A DNA stretch of 64,000 nucleotides from Pyrinomonadaceae bacterium (GCA_046313635.1 JBKBYA010000012.1:44421-108420); one strand, 5' to 3'; numbered from the stretch's first letter, positions 30,159 through 40,151 are shown. Numbers and translations: made by a program. Notes: generated from the sequence alone by a model not told the origin.

Positions 30159-30917
30159 TCACCCGGCGATCCAATATGCGAATTGCCTCCAGGCCTCGGT
30201 GCCCGCGACCGCGAATCGCAGCGGGATCGACACCAGCAAAAACACCGTCGCCGCGACCATCGCCCGGTTGAACTTGCCGTTGCGATACCGATCGTACGCC
30301 ACGGCCGCGATAAACAGCACGACCGGCACGCCGATGAACCACAGCGGGCCGAGCGAGGCCGCGAACTGCATCCGTCCCAGACTCGGCGGCAAAAAATTGA
30401 TCGCTGTCAGCAGCATCAGACGCTTGTGATCGGCCGAACGCTTGCGTCGCATGATCGCCGCGGCATAGACGACCGAGAACGTCACGAGATCGGCAAGCGG
30501 GATCACGAGGAATGTGATGGCCGGCATTCCGTTAGATTCGGTCTCGAGCCCTATGCGCCGCGCCGAGGCCGCGGCCGTAAAGTAGCCGACGACGACCATC
30601 AGCACGGCCAGCGCGATCGACGCCAGGCCGAGCGTCATGTGCATCTTGATCCGCTTTGTGCGTGCCAACAGTATCTGCGTTGTAAAGAGCAGCACCCATG
30701 CCGTCATCACGGCCCCGTGGACGTGCACGAGCAGCGACGGGATCGGCGGCACGTCGTCAAATGCGAAGCGGAGATAGTACGAGCGGGCAAATCCTGCGAC
30801 GATCACCAGCGGGAAAAGGATCCCGATCGACAGGTAGAAACGCTTCTCTCTCGCGCGCTTGGCGGCGGTGTCGCTCACTGCGGCCGGCGCCGACATGAAG
30901 TTCTCATTTACTGCCAT
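30159..30917 (-). CDS. Hypothetical integral membrane protein (paralogue A)
   Basis: GGAGG RBS; GFARSYY, VHVHG, HKRLMLL motifs; about 7 TM segments. Confidence 0.75.
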   Translation of the reverse strand: MAVNENFMSAPAAVSDTAAKRAREKRFYLSIGILFPLVIVAGFARSYYLRFAFDDVPPIPSLLVHVHGAVMTAWVLLFTTQILLARTKRIKMHMTLGLASIALAVLMVVVGYFTAAASARRIGLETESNGMPAITFLVIPLADLVTFSVVYAAAIMRRKRSADHKRLMLLTAINFLPPSLGRMQFAASLGPLWFIGVPVVLFIAAVAYDRYRNGKFNRAMVAATVFLLVSIPLRFAVAGTEAWRQFAYWIAG

Positions 30918-31046
30918 ACCTAGTCCTCCGCAACCGATACGCGGCGCGCAGCGAGGTTTTGTATCGGCGGCGGCCAAAAAAGAAAAGCGACGAGCGCCGG
31001 CCGGCGCCGCGCGTCGCCCGCACGAACCAAATTGGATCACAAACCC

Positions 31047-31766
31047 TCAGCTCGTCAGCCAGGCCGCGAACCGCAGCCAGGCATCGGTCGTCGAGACGAT
31101 AAGCCTCAAGGGATACGTCGCGATAGATAAGACGGACGCGACGACAAATACCGTGTTGAATTTGCCGGTCCGCCAACGGTCCAGAGCGACGGCAGCGACC
31201 GCGAGTGCGGCAGGTATGCCGAAAAACGCCAGCGGTCCGAATGGGGCCAAAAAGCCGATCCGTGCGAGAGCCGGCGGGAGAAAGTTTATCGCGGTGAGCA
31301 GCATCAGCCGTTTGTGGCTTGCCGGCTTTTTGCGGTAATACACCGCCGCGCCGACGAGCAGTACAAAGACCAGCAGGTCGGCCAGCGGCACGATCATAAA
31401 GCTCAAACGCGGAATATCAGGCGGGAATGACGCCGAACCGCTGCGGCCCGCCGCAACGGCGACAAAGGCCCCGGTGACGACGACGACCGCCGCCAGACCT
31501 ATGCCGACCCAGCCGAGCCGCTGATGCACTCTGATCCGTTTGGACGAGATCAGCCAAACCTGCCCGATAAAGAGCAGCACCCACGCCGACATCGCGATGC
31601 CGTGCAGATGCACCATCAGCGACGGCAGTGCCGGCGTGCCGAAGACGGCCTTGAGATAGTACGTCCTCGCAAAACCCGCGGCGACTATCAGCGGAAACAA
31701 GATCGCGGCGCTCCAGAAAAGTCGCCTTTCGAATCGACGGATATCGAGAGTGTTATTGACGGCCAT
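31047..31766 (-). CDS. Hypothetical integral membrane protein (paralogue B)
   Basis: GGAGG RBS; GFARTYY, VHLHG, HKRLMLLTAINFLPP shared with paralogue A. Confidence 0.75.
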   Translation of the reverse strand: MAVNNTLDIRRFERRLFWSAAILFPLIVAAGFARTYYLKAVFGTPALPSLMVHLHGIAMSAWVLLFIGQVWLISSKRIRVHQRLGWVGIGLAAVVVVTGAFVAVAAGRSGSASFPPDIPRLSFMIVPLADLLVFVLLVGAAVYYRKKPASHKRLMLLTAINFLPPALARIGFLAPFGPLAFFGIPAALAVAAVALDRWRTGKFNTVFVVASVLSIATYPLRLIVSTTDAWLRFAAWLTS

Positions 31767-31995
31767 TGGCTTCCTCCAGGTTCGATCGTTCTGACATCGG
31801 TTCGCGGCAATCATACGACCGTCCGCCGCACGAGCAAAGGCATTTGGTCTCTCGGCCGAGCCCGGCATCCGGCGGGCCCAGGACTTTTTCTTCCCGTCCG
31901 TGTCGGCGTTTCGACCCTTGCTTGACAGGTCCGCGAGCCGAAAAGTATAGTCGAAAATTCGACCGGCAGTCTCGATACGGGCCTGTCGGGTCAGG

Positions 31996-32071
31996 GCCAC
32001 CCTAGCTCAGTTGGTAGAGCATTCGATTCGTAATCGAAAGGTCATCGGTTCAAGTCCGATGGGTGGCTCCA
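31996..32071 (+). tRNA. tRNA-Thr(CGT)
   Basis: GCCACCC/GGGTGGC acceptor stem; D arm GCTC-AGTTGGTA-GAGC; anticodon arm TTCGA-TTCGTAA-TCGAA; TTCAAGT T loop; encoded CCA. Confidence 0.97.
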
Positions 32072-32090
32072 GCAAGTTCTAACGACCTTG

Positions 32091-32153
32091 ATGACCAGCG
32101 TAGTAAAAGCTCAGCTCCATCATCACCACGCGTTGCATCCGCGCGTGGACTAG
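32091..32153 (+). CDS. hisL: his operon leader peptide MTSVVKAQLHHHHALHPRVD
   Basis: 20-aa ORF with CAT CAT CAC CAC plus a fifth His codon, directly upstream of a terminator and hisG. Confidence 0.8.
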   Translation: MTSVVKAQLHHHHALHPRVD

Positions 32154-32187
32154 TCGTTCTCTTAGGAAATCCAAACTAGTTTCAACT

Positions 32188-32237
32188 GACTTCGCGCGAA
32201 TCTCGATGAGCTTCGGCCGGCGAAGTCTTTTTTATTT
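32188..32237 (+). terminator. Attenuator terminator of the his leader
   Basis: GACTTCGC/GCGAAGTC stem followed by TTTTTTATTT, ending 3 nt before the hisG ATG. Confidence 0.75.
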
Positions 32238-32240
32238 GCA

Positions 32241-33110
32241 ATGAAAGGAAAACAGAATTTGCGCATCGCGATACAAAGGTCGGGCAGGCTCGCCGACGGC
32301 TCGACCGAGCTGCTCCGCAAGTGCGGCATCGGCTTTACGAACGGTCTCGGCAAGCTGCGGAGCGAGGCGGCCGACTTCCCGCTCGAGATCTTTTTCCTGC
32401 GCGATGACGACATCCCGAATTATGTCGCCGACGGCGTCGCGGACATCGGCATCGTCGGCGAGAACGTCATTGCAGAATCGCCGCGTGACGAGATCGAGAC
32501 GCTCGAAAGGCTCGGCTTTGGCCGCTGTCGTCTGTCGCTCGCCGTGCCCAAGAGTTTCGAGTACCGCTCGGTCGCGGATCTGGACGGGCTGCGTGTCGCG
32601 ACGAGTTATCCGAATGTGCTCGCGGGTTTCTGCGCGAACCGCGGCGTCGCCGTCGAGGTGCACGAGATCAGCGGCTCGGTCGAGATCGCGCCGTCGATCG
32701 GCCTGGCAGACGCGGTCTGCGATCTCGTGAGTTCGGGCAGCACGCTCTTTTCGAACGGTCTCAAAGAGGTCGAGACCATCCTCGAATCGCAGGCCGTACT
32801 GATCGCAAGGCGCGGGCTGAGCGATGCGGCCGGCGAGATACTCAGCCAGCTTCTCTTCCGCATCCGCAGCGTGCTGGCCGCACGGCAGAACAAGTACATC
32901 CTGCTCAACGCGCCGCGAGAGCGTGTCGAAGAGATCGGCCGCATCCTGCCCGGAATGCGGAGCCCGACGCTGATGCCGCTCGCCGATCCAGACTGGGTGT
33001 CGATCCATTCGGTTATTGCCGAGCAGGATCTTTGGGAGGTCGTCGACAGCCTCAAACGCGCTGGCGCCGAGGGCATCCTGGTTCTTTCGATCGATCAGAT
33101 GATCAGGTAG
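32241..33110 (+). CDS. hisG: ATP phosphoribosyltransferase, long form
   Basis: IAIQRSGRL; LRDDDIP; GSVEIAP; DLVSSGSTL; C-terminal regulatory domain. Confidence 0.96.
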   Translation: MKGKQNLRIAIQRSGRLADGSTELLRKCGIGFTNGLGKLRSEAADFPLEIFFLRDDDIPNYVADGVADIGIVGENVIAESPRDEIETLERLGFGRCRLSLAVPKSFEYRSVADLDGLRVATSYPNVLAGFCANRGVAVEVHEISGSVEIAPSIGLADAVCDLVSSGSTLFSNGLKEVETILESQAVLIARRGLSDAAGEILSQLLFRIRSVLAARQNKYILLNAPRERVEEIGRILPGMRSPTLMPLADPDWVSIHSVIAEQDLWEVVDSLKRAGAEGILVLSIDQMIR

Positions 33111-33114
33111 GCAA

Positions 33115-34407
33115 ATGATGAAAGTTATCAACAACCCAGCACGCGAGACGTGGGCCGACATCACACGGCGGCCGGTGCTCGACACAAAGTTTCTCGAGCG
33201 CACGGTCGCCAACATCCTCGCCGACGTCCGCACGAACCGCGACGCCGCGCTGCGGCACTGCGCGCGATTTTTTGACAAGGTGGAGCTCGACGTTTTTGAA
33301 GTTTCGCCGGCGGAGTTTGACGAGGCAGATGTGCTCGTCTCGCAAGAATTGAAAGACGCGATCGCCGTCGCCAAATCCAACATCGAAAAGTTTCACGCCG
33401 CCGAGCTCCGCGATGAGCGGCAGATCGTCGAGACGATGCCTGGCGTCGAGTGCTGGCGAAAGGCGGTCGCGATCGAACGCGTCGGCCTCTACGTCCCGGC
33501 CGGCAGCGCTCCGCTCTTCTCGACCGTACTGATGCTCGCCATTCCCGCACGTCTGGCAGGCTGCGGCGAGATCGTCCTTTGCTCGCCGCCCGACGCGAGC
33601 GGCAAGGTCGATCCGGTCACGCTCTACACTGCGAGACTCTGCGGCGTGACGCGCGTCTTCAAGATCGGCGGAGCGCAGGCGGTCGGCGCGATGGCTTTCG
33701 GGACCGAGTCGGTGCCACGCGTTTACAAGATCTTCGGTCCGGGCAATCAGTTCGTTACGGAAGCGAAGCAGCAGGTCACCAAATACGGCGTCGCGATCGA
33801 TATGCCGGCGGGGCCGTCGGAGGTCGCGGTGCTGGCCGATGAAACTGCCGTGCCCGCTTTCGTCGCCGCGGACCTGCTCTCGCAGGCCGAGCACGGGCCT
33901 GACAGCCAGGTCATTCTTGTGACGACGAGCGAGTCGCTGGTCGCGCAGACTCTTGAAGAAGTCGAGCGGCAATTGGCTGAGCTGCCGAGAAAGCAGATCG
34001 CCGAGGCCGCGCTCAAAAATTCAAAGACGATCGTCGTCGAAGATCTCGCGACCGGCGTCGATCTGCTCAACGAGTACGCTCCGGAGCACGTTATCATCGC
34101 GACCGAAAATGCCGACGAGATCGCCGAGCGGATCGTCAACGCGGGCTCGGTCTTTGTCGGCAACTATTCGTGCGAGAGCGCGGGCGATTATGCATCGGGC
34201 ACAAACCACACGCTGCCGACGAACGGCGCCGCACGCAGCTTCAGCGGCGTGTCGGTCGAGAGTTTTACAAAGAAGATCACCTTCCAGCGCCTCACCGCTG
34301 AAGGGATCCGCGGCATCGGTCCGGCAATCGAAAAGATGGCTCGGGCCGAAGGTCTCAACGCCCACGAGCGAGCCGTCTCGATCCGCCTCGAGAGCCTTGG
34401 AGATTAG
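33115..34407 (+). CDS. hisD: Histidinol dehydrogenase
   Basis: IDMPAGPSEV; LSQAEHG; APEH; GDYASGTNHTLPT. Confidence 0.96.
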   Translation: MMKVINNPARETWADITRRPVLDTKFLERTVANILADVRTNRDAALRHCARFFDKVELDVFEVSPAEFDEADVLVSQELKDAIAVAKSNIEKFHAAELRDERQIVETMPGVECWRKAVAIERVGLYVPAGSAPLFSTVLMLAIPARLAGCGEIVLCSPPDASGKVDPVTLYTARLCGVTRVFKIGGAQAVGAMAFGTESVPRVYKIFGPGNQFVTEAKQQVTKYGVAIDMPAGPSEVAVLADETAVPAFVAADLLSQAEHGPDSQVILVTTSESLVAQTLEEVERQLAELPRKQIAEAALKNSKTIVVEDLATGVDLLNEYAPEHVIIATENADEIAERIVNAGSVFVGNYSCESAGDYASGTNHTLPTNGAARSFSGVSVESFTKKITFQRLTAEGIRGIGPAIEKMARAEGLNAHERAVSIRLESLGD

Positions 34408-34409
34408 AC

Positions 34410-35492
34410 ATGTTTGAACTCGACAAACTCATCCGACCAAACATCCGCGATCTCAAACCGTACTCTTCCGCACGGCACGAGTTTATAGGCTCTGCTGAGG
34501 TCTATCTCGACGCGAACGAGAACGCATTCGGCTCGCCGATCGCCGGAGCCCCGCTCAATCGCTATCCCGACCCGCTGCAGTCGCAGCTGAAACAGCGTCT
34601 CGCCGAGATCAAGCGCGTCGCGCCGAATCGCATGTTTGTCGGCAACGGCAGCGACGAGGCGATCGATCTGCTGTTTCGCATCTTTTGCGAGCCGGGCCGC
34701 GACGCGTGCATCGTCTGCCCGCCGACGTACGGAATGTACACGGTCTCGGCAGCCGTCAACGATGTCGAGATCGTCGAAGTGCCGCTCGTCGCCGAGACGT
34801 TTGAGCTCGACATGGCCGCGGTCAAGCGAGCTTTTACCGCGCGAACAAAGCTTCTGTTCATCTGCTCGCCAAACAACCCGACGGGCAACGCGATGCGCCG
34901 CGAGGCCATTCTCGATCTGGCCGCGAGCTTTGGCGGCATCGTCGTTGTCGACGAAGCGTACATCGACTACTCATCGCAGCCGTCGCTTGTCACCGAGATC
35001 GACGCACATCCGAATCTCGTCGTCCTTCAGACATTTTCAAAAGCGTGGGGAATGGCCGGAGCTCGCGTCGGTCTCGCATTTGCAAGCGAGCGGATCGTCG
35101 ATCTGCTAAACCGCGTCAAGCCGCCGTACAACGTCAGTCAGCTGTCGCAGACTGCCGTACTCGATGCGATGAAAGATCAAGAACAGGTCCGCGAATGGAT
35201 CGACGAAACCCTGCGCGAAAGAGATCATCTCGTCGTCGCACTGCCGCAGCTGCCCGTCGTCGAAAAGGTCTATCCGTCAGACGCAAACTTCCTGCTCGTA
35301 AAAGTATCGGACGCAAACGCGATCTACGATCATCTCGTCGCCCAACGCATCGTCGTCCGCAACCGCAGCACCGTGCTGCTCTGCGGCAACTGTCTCCGAA
35401 TAACCGTCGGCACACCGAATGAAAATACGAGAGTCCTCGCAGCTCTCGAGTCTTTCGGCCAAACGGCGACGTCAAAATTAGCTAACAGCTGA
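34410..35492 (+). CDS. hisC: Histidinol-phosphate aminotransferase
   Basis: LDANEN; GNGSDEAID; CSPNNPTGN; TFSKAWGMAGARVG. Confidence 0.96.
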   Translation: MFELDKLIRPNIRDLKPYSSARHEFIGSAEVYLDANENAFGSPIAGAPLNRYPDPLQSQLKQRLAEIKRVAPNRMFVGNGSDEAIDLLFRIFCEPGRDACIVCPPTYGMYTVSAAVNDVEIVEVPLVAETFELDMAAVKRAFTARTKLLFICSPNNPTGNAMRREAILDLAASFGGIVVVDEAYIDYSSQPSLVTEIDAHPNLVVLQTFSKAWGMAGARVGLAFASERIVDLLNRVKPPYNVSQLSQTAVLDAMKDQEQVREWIDETLRERDHLVVALPQLPVVEKVYPSDANFLLVKVSDANAIYDHLVAQRIVVRNRSTVLLCGNCLRITVGTPNENTRVLAALESFGQTATSKLANS

Positions 35493-35512
35493 CAGCTAAT
35501 AGCTGACAGCTA
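35480..35512 (+). repeat. Heptamer tandem repeat AGCTRAY (about 4.7 copies) across the hisC stop
   Basis: AGCTAAC AGCTGAC AGCTAAT AGCTGAC AGCTA. Confidence 0.7.
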
Positions 35513-35522
35513 TTTTTCGAAT

Positions 35523-36632
35523 ATGAAAACGATCCTATTCATCGACCGCGACGGAACGATCATCGAGGAGCCGAGCGACTTTCAGATCGACTCGTTCGAC
35601 AAGCTGCGCTTCATTCCAGGAGCGATCACGTGGCTCGCGAAGATCGCAGCCGAGCTCGATCACGAGCTTGTGATGGTGACCAATCAGGACGGGCTCGGGA
35701 CAGACTCGTTCCCGGAGGAGACGTTTTGGCCGGTGCAGAACTTCGTCATCCGCACGCTCGCGAGCGAGGGCGTGCGCTTTGCCGAGATCTTTATCGACCG
35801 CACGTTCGCGCACGAGAATGCGCCGACGCGAAAGCCGAATACAGGAATGCTCGCGAAGTATTTGAATGGCGACTACGACCTCGCCAATTCGTACGTCATC
35901 GGCGATCGGCAGACCGACGTCGAGCTGGCACGGAATCTCGGCGCCAAGGCGATCTTTATCCGCAGCAGCAATTTCCAGCTCGCGGGCGTTGACGGCGTCG
36001 ATGTGCGACAGGTCGACGGCTGGCCCGAGATCTACCAGGCGCTTCGCCTGCCGCCGCGTCGTGTGTCGCATCGGCGAACGACCAAGGAGACCGACATCCT
36101 CGTCGAGCTCGATCTCGACGGCACGGGCCGCGCCGAGATCTCGACGGGCATCGCGTTCTTTGATCACATGCTCGAGCAGATCGCGCGTCACGGCTCGATC
36201 GACCTCGCGATCAAATGCGCGGGCGATCTGCATATCGACGAGCATCACACGATCGAGGACGTCGCGATCGCGCTCGGCGAGGCATTCTCGCTCGCGCTCG
36301 CGGACAAGACTGGAATGGAGCGGTACGGATTCACGCTGCCGATGGACGATTGCCTCGCGCAGGTCGCGGTCGATTTTGGCGGGCGAAACTGGATCGTGTG
36401 GGAGGCCGAGTTCAAACGCGAGATGATCGGGCAGATGCCGACCGAGATGTTCTTTCACTTTTTCAAATCGTTCAGCGACAAGGCACTCTGCAACCTGAAT
36501 ATCGTCGCCACCGGCACCAACGAGCATCACAAGATCGAGGCGATCTTCAAGGCGTTTGCCAAGGCGGTCAAGATGGCCGTCCGCCGCGACGCTGCGAGCA
36601 AGTCGCTGCCGACGACCAAGGGAGTTTTATAA
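35523..36632 (+). CDS. hisB: Bifunctional histidinol-phosphatase/imidazoleglycerol-phosphate dehydratase (HisNB)
   Basis: N-terminal DRDGT HAD motif and TNQDGLG; C-terminal [20 protein letters not shown]. Confidence 0.96.
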   Translation: MKTILFIDRDGTIIEEPSDFQIDSFDKLRFIPGAITWLAKIAAELDHELVMVTNQDGLGTDSFPEETFWPVQNFVIRTLASEGVRFAEIFIDRTFAHENAPTRKPNTGMLAKYLNGDYDLANSYVIGDRQTDVELARNLGAKAIFIRSSNFQLAGVDGVDVRQVDGWPEIYQALRLPPRRVSHRRTTKETDILVELDLDGTGRAEISTGIAFFDHMLEQIARHGSIDLAIKCAGDLHIDEHHTIEDVAIALGEAFSLALADKTGMERYGFTLPMDDCLAQVAVDFGGRNWIVWEAEFKREMIGQMPTEMFFHFFKSFSDKALCNLNIVATGTNEHHKIEAIFKAFAKAVKMAVRRDAASKSLPTTKGVL

Positions 36633-37220
36633 GTGACGGTCGCGATCCTCAAATACAACGCCGGCAACATCGCTTCGGTGCAGAACGCGCTCTCGCGACT
36701 CGGCGCCGATTCGATCGTGACACACGATGCGATCGAACTGCGTGCTGCCGACAAGGTCATCTTTCCCGGCGTCGGCGAGGCATCGACGGCGATGCAGTAT
36801 CTTCGCGAACGCGGGCTCGACGATGTGATCCGTTCGCTGACGCAGCCCGTGCTCGGCGTCTGTCTCGGAATGCAGCTGCTGTGTGCGAGCTCGGAAGAGA
36901 ACGACGCGACGGGTCTCGGCATTTTTGCCAATCGCGTAAGACGCTTTGAAGGCGGCAGCGATCTTAAAGTGCCGCACATCGGCTGGAACACGATCTCGAA
37001 TTTACGATCGGAGCTTTTCGCTGACGTGGCCGACGCGTCGCACGTTTACTTCGTCCACGGCTACTATGTCGAGCCGTCGAGCGAGGCCGCGGCAGTGACG
37101 AACTACGGTATCGACTTCGCCGCCGCGATCGTACGCGACAATTTTTTTGCCGTGCAGTTTCACCCTGAGAGATCCGGCGCGGTCGGCGAGCGAATTTTGC
37201 AGAACTTTTTGAATCTATGA
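36633..37220 (+). CDS. hisH: Imidazole glycerol phosphate synthase, glutaminase subunit
   Basis: PGVG; GVCLGMQLL; VPHIGWN; QFHPE. Confidence 0.96.
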   Translation: MTVAILKYNAGNIASVQNALSRLGADSIVTHDAIELRAADKVIFPGVGEASTAMQYLRERGLDDVIRSLTQPVLGVCLGMQLLCASSEENDATGLGIFANRVRRFEGGSDLKVPHIGWNTISNLRSELFADVADASHVYFVHGYYVEPSSEAAAVTNYGIDFAAAIVRDNFFAVQFHPERSGAVGERILQNFLNL

Positions 37221-37936
37221 TCGAGATAATTCCCGCGATCGACATAATCGGCGGCAAATGCGTGCGGCTGACGCAGGGCGACTTTGATCGGCAGACCGTT
37301 TATTCGGACGACCCCGTTGAGATCGCGAAGAGTTTTGCGGATGCCGGCATTCGGCGCCTTCACGTCGTCGATCTCGACGGCGCGCGGCTCGGCACGCCGG
37401 CCAATATCGACGTGCTCGAGCGCATCGCCGCGGCGACCGCGCTGACGATCGACTTCGGCGGCGGCGTCAAAACGGACCGCGACGTTAAGGCGGTCTTCGA
37501 TGCCGGGGCCGAATTCGTAAATGTCGGCAGCGTCGCCGTAAAAGAGCGCGAGCTATTTTTTGAATGGCTCGAGCACTATGGCGGCGAGAGCTTTTTGCTG
37601 GCGGCGGACGTCCGCGACCGCAAGCTGGCCATCGATGGCTGGCAGACGGAGACGGATGTCGAGATCATTCCGTTTCTCGCCGAGTATCATGCGCTCGGCG
37701 TCGAGCAGACGTTTGTCACCGACATCGCAAAGGACGGCGCGATGCAGGGGCCGTCATTCAAACTTTATCGCGAGATCCTGATGGCCGTACCGGGCCTCAA
37801 GCTGATCGCGAGCGGCGGCGTCACGTCGATACACGACGTCGAGGAACTCGCCGACACCGGCTGCTCGGGCGTGATCATCGGCAAGGCGATCTATGAAGAG
37901 AAAATCGAAGTGGCCGAGCTTCAAAGGTTTTTGTGA
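37217..37936 (+). CDS. hisA: ProFAR isomerase
   Basis: IIPAIDIIGGKCVRLTQG; HVVDLDGA; IASGG. Confidence 0.96.
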   Translation: MIEIIPAIDIIGGKCVRLTQGDFDRQTVYSDDPVEIAKSFADAGIRRLHVVDLDGARLGTPANIDVLERIAAATALTIDFGGGVKTDRDVKAVFDAGAEFVNVGSVAVKERELFFEWLEHYGGESFLLAADVRDRKLAIDGWQTETDVEIIPFLAEYHALGVEQTFVTDIAKDGAMQGPSFKLYREILMAVPGLKLIASGGVTSIHDVEELADTGCSGVIIGKAIYEEKIEVAELQRFL

Positions 37937-37986
37937 CGGGCAGCCAAAGCGAATTGGTATTCGGGCAAAACATCAGAATCTTTTTG

Positions 37987-38119
37987 ATTGCCGCTGCCTT
38001 CAGGCAACGGACAGTAGATACCCAAAAATGTTGTGGGCTTTAGCCCGTGACCCGAATTGTGGCTAAAGCCGATATCAAAGGAAGCAACACTTTCACCGTC
38101 GCCTGAAGGCGACGGCAAT
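37987..38119. mobile_element. 133-bp non-autonomous copy of the 19109-19658 element (both ends, no transposase)
   Basis: ATTGCCGCTGCCTTCAGGCAACGGAC...GGGCTTTAGCCC...GGCTAAAGCC...CCGTCGCCTGAAGGCGACGGCAAT. Confidence 0.8.
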
Positions 38120-38128
38120 CGAATATCA

Positions 38129-38890
38129 ATGCTCGCTAAAAGAATAATTCCCTGCCTCGACGTAAAAGACGGCCGTACGGTCAAGGGGACGAATTTCGTC
38201 GGGCTTCGCGATGCGGGCGACCCGGTCGAGCTCGCGGCCCGCTACAGCCGCGACGGCGCCGACGAGCTGACGCTGCTCGACATCTCTGCGACGAACGAAC
38301 ATCGCAAGACGCTCGTCGATCTCGTCCGGCGGGTCGCGGCGACGATCAATATTCCGTTCACGGTCGGCGGCGGCATCGGGTCGGTTGCGGATATCGGCCG
38401 GCTGCTCGATGCAGGAGCCGACAAGGTCTCGATCAACACCGCCGCTCTTCGCTCGCCCGAGATCATCGGCGAGTCGGCGCTGAATTTCGGCTCGCAGTGC
38501 ATCGTGCTCTCGATCGACGCCAAGCGTACTGACGGATCGTGGCGGGTCTATCTCAACGGGGGCCGCGTCGAAACCGAAACGGACGCGCTCGAATGGGCTC
38601 GTCGCGGCGTCGAGCTCGGCGCGGGCGAGATACTGCTGACGTCGATCAACGCCGACGGGACAAAGGCGGGTTTCGATATCGAGCTGACGCGGGCCGTTTC
38701 GACGAGCGTCGCGGTACCGGTCGTCGCGTCGGGCGGAGCCGGCTCGATGGAGGATTTTGCGGAGGTCTTTGTGGACGGCCGCGCCGATGCGGCACTCGCG
38801 GCGAGCGTCTTTCACTTTGGCGAGATCTCGATACCGGGGCTGAAGGAGTTTCTCAGCGCGAGGTCGGTCCCGGTCAGGATGATAGCGTGA
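38129..38890 (+). CDS. hisF: Imidazole glycerol phosphate synthase, cyclase subunit
   Basis: [37 protein letters not shown]. Confidence 0.96.
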   Translation: MLAKRIIPCLDVKDGRTVKGTNFVGLRDAGDPVELAARYSRDGADELTLLDISATNEHRKTLVDLVRRVAATINIPFTVGGGIGSVADIGRLLDAGADKVSINTAALRSPEIIGESALNFGSQCIVLSIDAKRTDGSWRVYLNGGRVETETDALEWARRGVELGAGEILLTSINADGTKAGFDIELTRAVSTSVAVPVVASGGAGSMEDFAEVFVDGRADAALAASVFHFGEISIPGLKEFLSARSVPVRMIA

Positions 38891-38965
38891 ACTAGATGGC
38901 CTCGATGAAAATACGCAGGCTCAACCGCAAAGGACGCGGAGCGGAAACGCAAAGAGCGCAAAGCG

Positions 38966-39595
38966 ATGAATGGAACTATGACGCAGACACTTGAATTGAA
39001 TTTTGAAAAGTACGCCGACGGTCTCATCCCCGCGATAGTGCAGGACGCATCGAGCGGCGCAGTGCTGATGCTCGGGTTTATGAATTCGGAAGCACTCGCA
39101 GCGACCCTCGAGACGGGCAGCGTTACGTTCTACTCGCGTTCGCGTCGGCGGCTTTGGACCAAAGGCGAGACGAGCGGCAACTTTCTCCGCGTCCGCGAGA
39201 TCGCGGCCGACTGCGACGCCGACACGATCCTGATCAAGGCTGAGCCGTCCGGCCCGGTCTGCCACACCGGCGCCGCGACGTGCTTTGGCGACGTGAATGG
39301 CGAGCCCGGTCCGTTGCACACCATCCGCGAGCTCGAACGCATCATCGACGACCGCCATTCGCGCCCGTCCGACGGCTCGTACACCTCGCAGCTATTTGCC
39401 CGCGGCATCAACACGATCGCGCAAAAGGTCGGCGAGGAGGCGATCGAGCTCGTCATCGAGGCCAAGGACGACGACCGCGAGAGGTTTGTCGCCGAGGCTG
39501 CCGATCTACTCTTTCACCTGCTCGTTCTGCTCCGCGCCAAGGGCACGAGTCTCGATGACGTACTGCGAGAGCTCGAGCGGCGACGCACGCGCTAG
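38966..39595 (+). CDS. hisI: Bifunctional phosphoribosyl-AMP cyclohydrolase/phosphoribosyl-ATP diphosphatase (HisIE)
   Basis: [19 protein letters not shown]...[19 protein letters not shown]. Confidence 0.95.
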   Translation: MNGTMTQTLELNFEKYADGLIPAIVQDASSGAVLMLGFMNSEALAATLETGSVTFYSRSRRRLWTKGETSGNFLRVREIAADCDADTILIKAEPSGPVCHTGAATCFGDVNGEPGPLHTIRELERIIDDRHSRPSDGSYTSQLFARGINTIAQKVGEEAIELVIEAKDDDRERFVAEAADLLFHLLVLLRAKGTSLDDVLRELERRRTR

Positions 39596-39776
39596 ACGGC
39601 GCCTGTTGCATTGATTCGGTACAATCACACGGGCGTTTCCTGGCCCGTAAAAATCAAATGTTCTGAGCACGAACTTTAACTTTTCGGGAACGACGGTTGC
39701 TCTATCGGAGTGATCGCTTCAATTAATGTACGCTTTTCGCCCATTGAGGGGCGAAGTGTCGGTCCCGAAAAAAAGT

Positions 39777-40151
39777 ATGAACACGCTCGAACAAAAACTT
39801 TCTCCCGTTGTCGTAGTGATGGACCACAACACGACCGACTGCAAACAGATCCGGCGCTGGTTTGAGAACAGCCGCTTTACCACGCTCGAGGCCGACGACG
39901 TCTTTCAGGCGATCGGCGAGCTTTCGGACTTTACGGTCGAGAGCGCACCGGACGTGATCCTTTTGAATGTCGACTGCTGCGACGACGATATGCCGTTCGT
40001 ACTCGAAATGGTCGGGTCGGTCGGCGACGAGATCCCGGTCATCGCACTGACGAGGCCTACCGGCAAAGGAGATGCGACGTACTTTGCGGGCGACCTGTCG
40101 CAGGCTGTCAGCCGGCTGGAATCAATGTTCCCGGCGCCGGTGCTTAATTAA
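39777..40151 (+). CDS. Degenerate receiver (CheY-like) domain protein
   Basis: VVVVMD; PDVILLN (Asn where the phospho-Asp is expected); IPVIALT. Confidence 0.6.
   Translation: MNTLEQKLSPVVVVMDHNTTDCKQIRRWFENSRFTTLEADDVFQAIGELSDFTVESAPDVILLNVDCCDDDMPFVLEMVGSVGDEIPVIALTRPTGKGDATYFAGDLSQAVSRLESMFPAPVLN

Noticed and set aside
31996..32071. tRNA as attachment site of an integrated island
   Set aside because: No duplicate of the tRNA 3' end was noticed in the window and there is no adjacent integrase.
38057..38128. Longer N-terminus for HisF
   Set aside because: The extension is translated repeat DNA; the canonical [11 protein letters not shown] starts at 38129.
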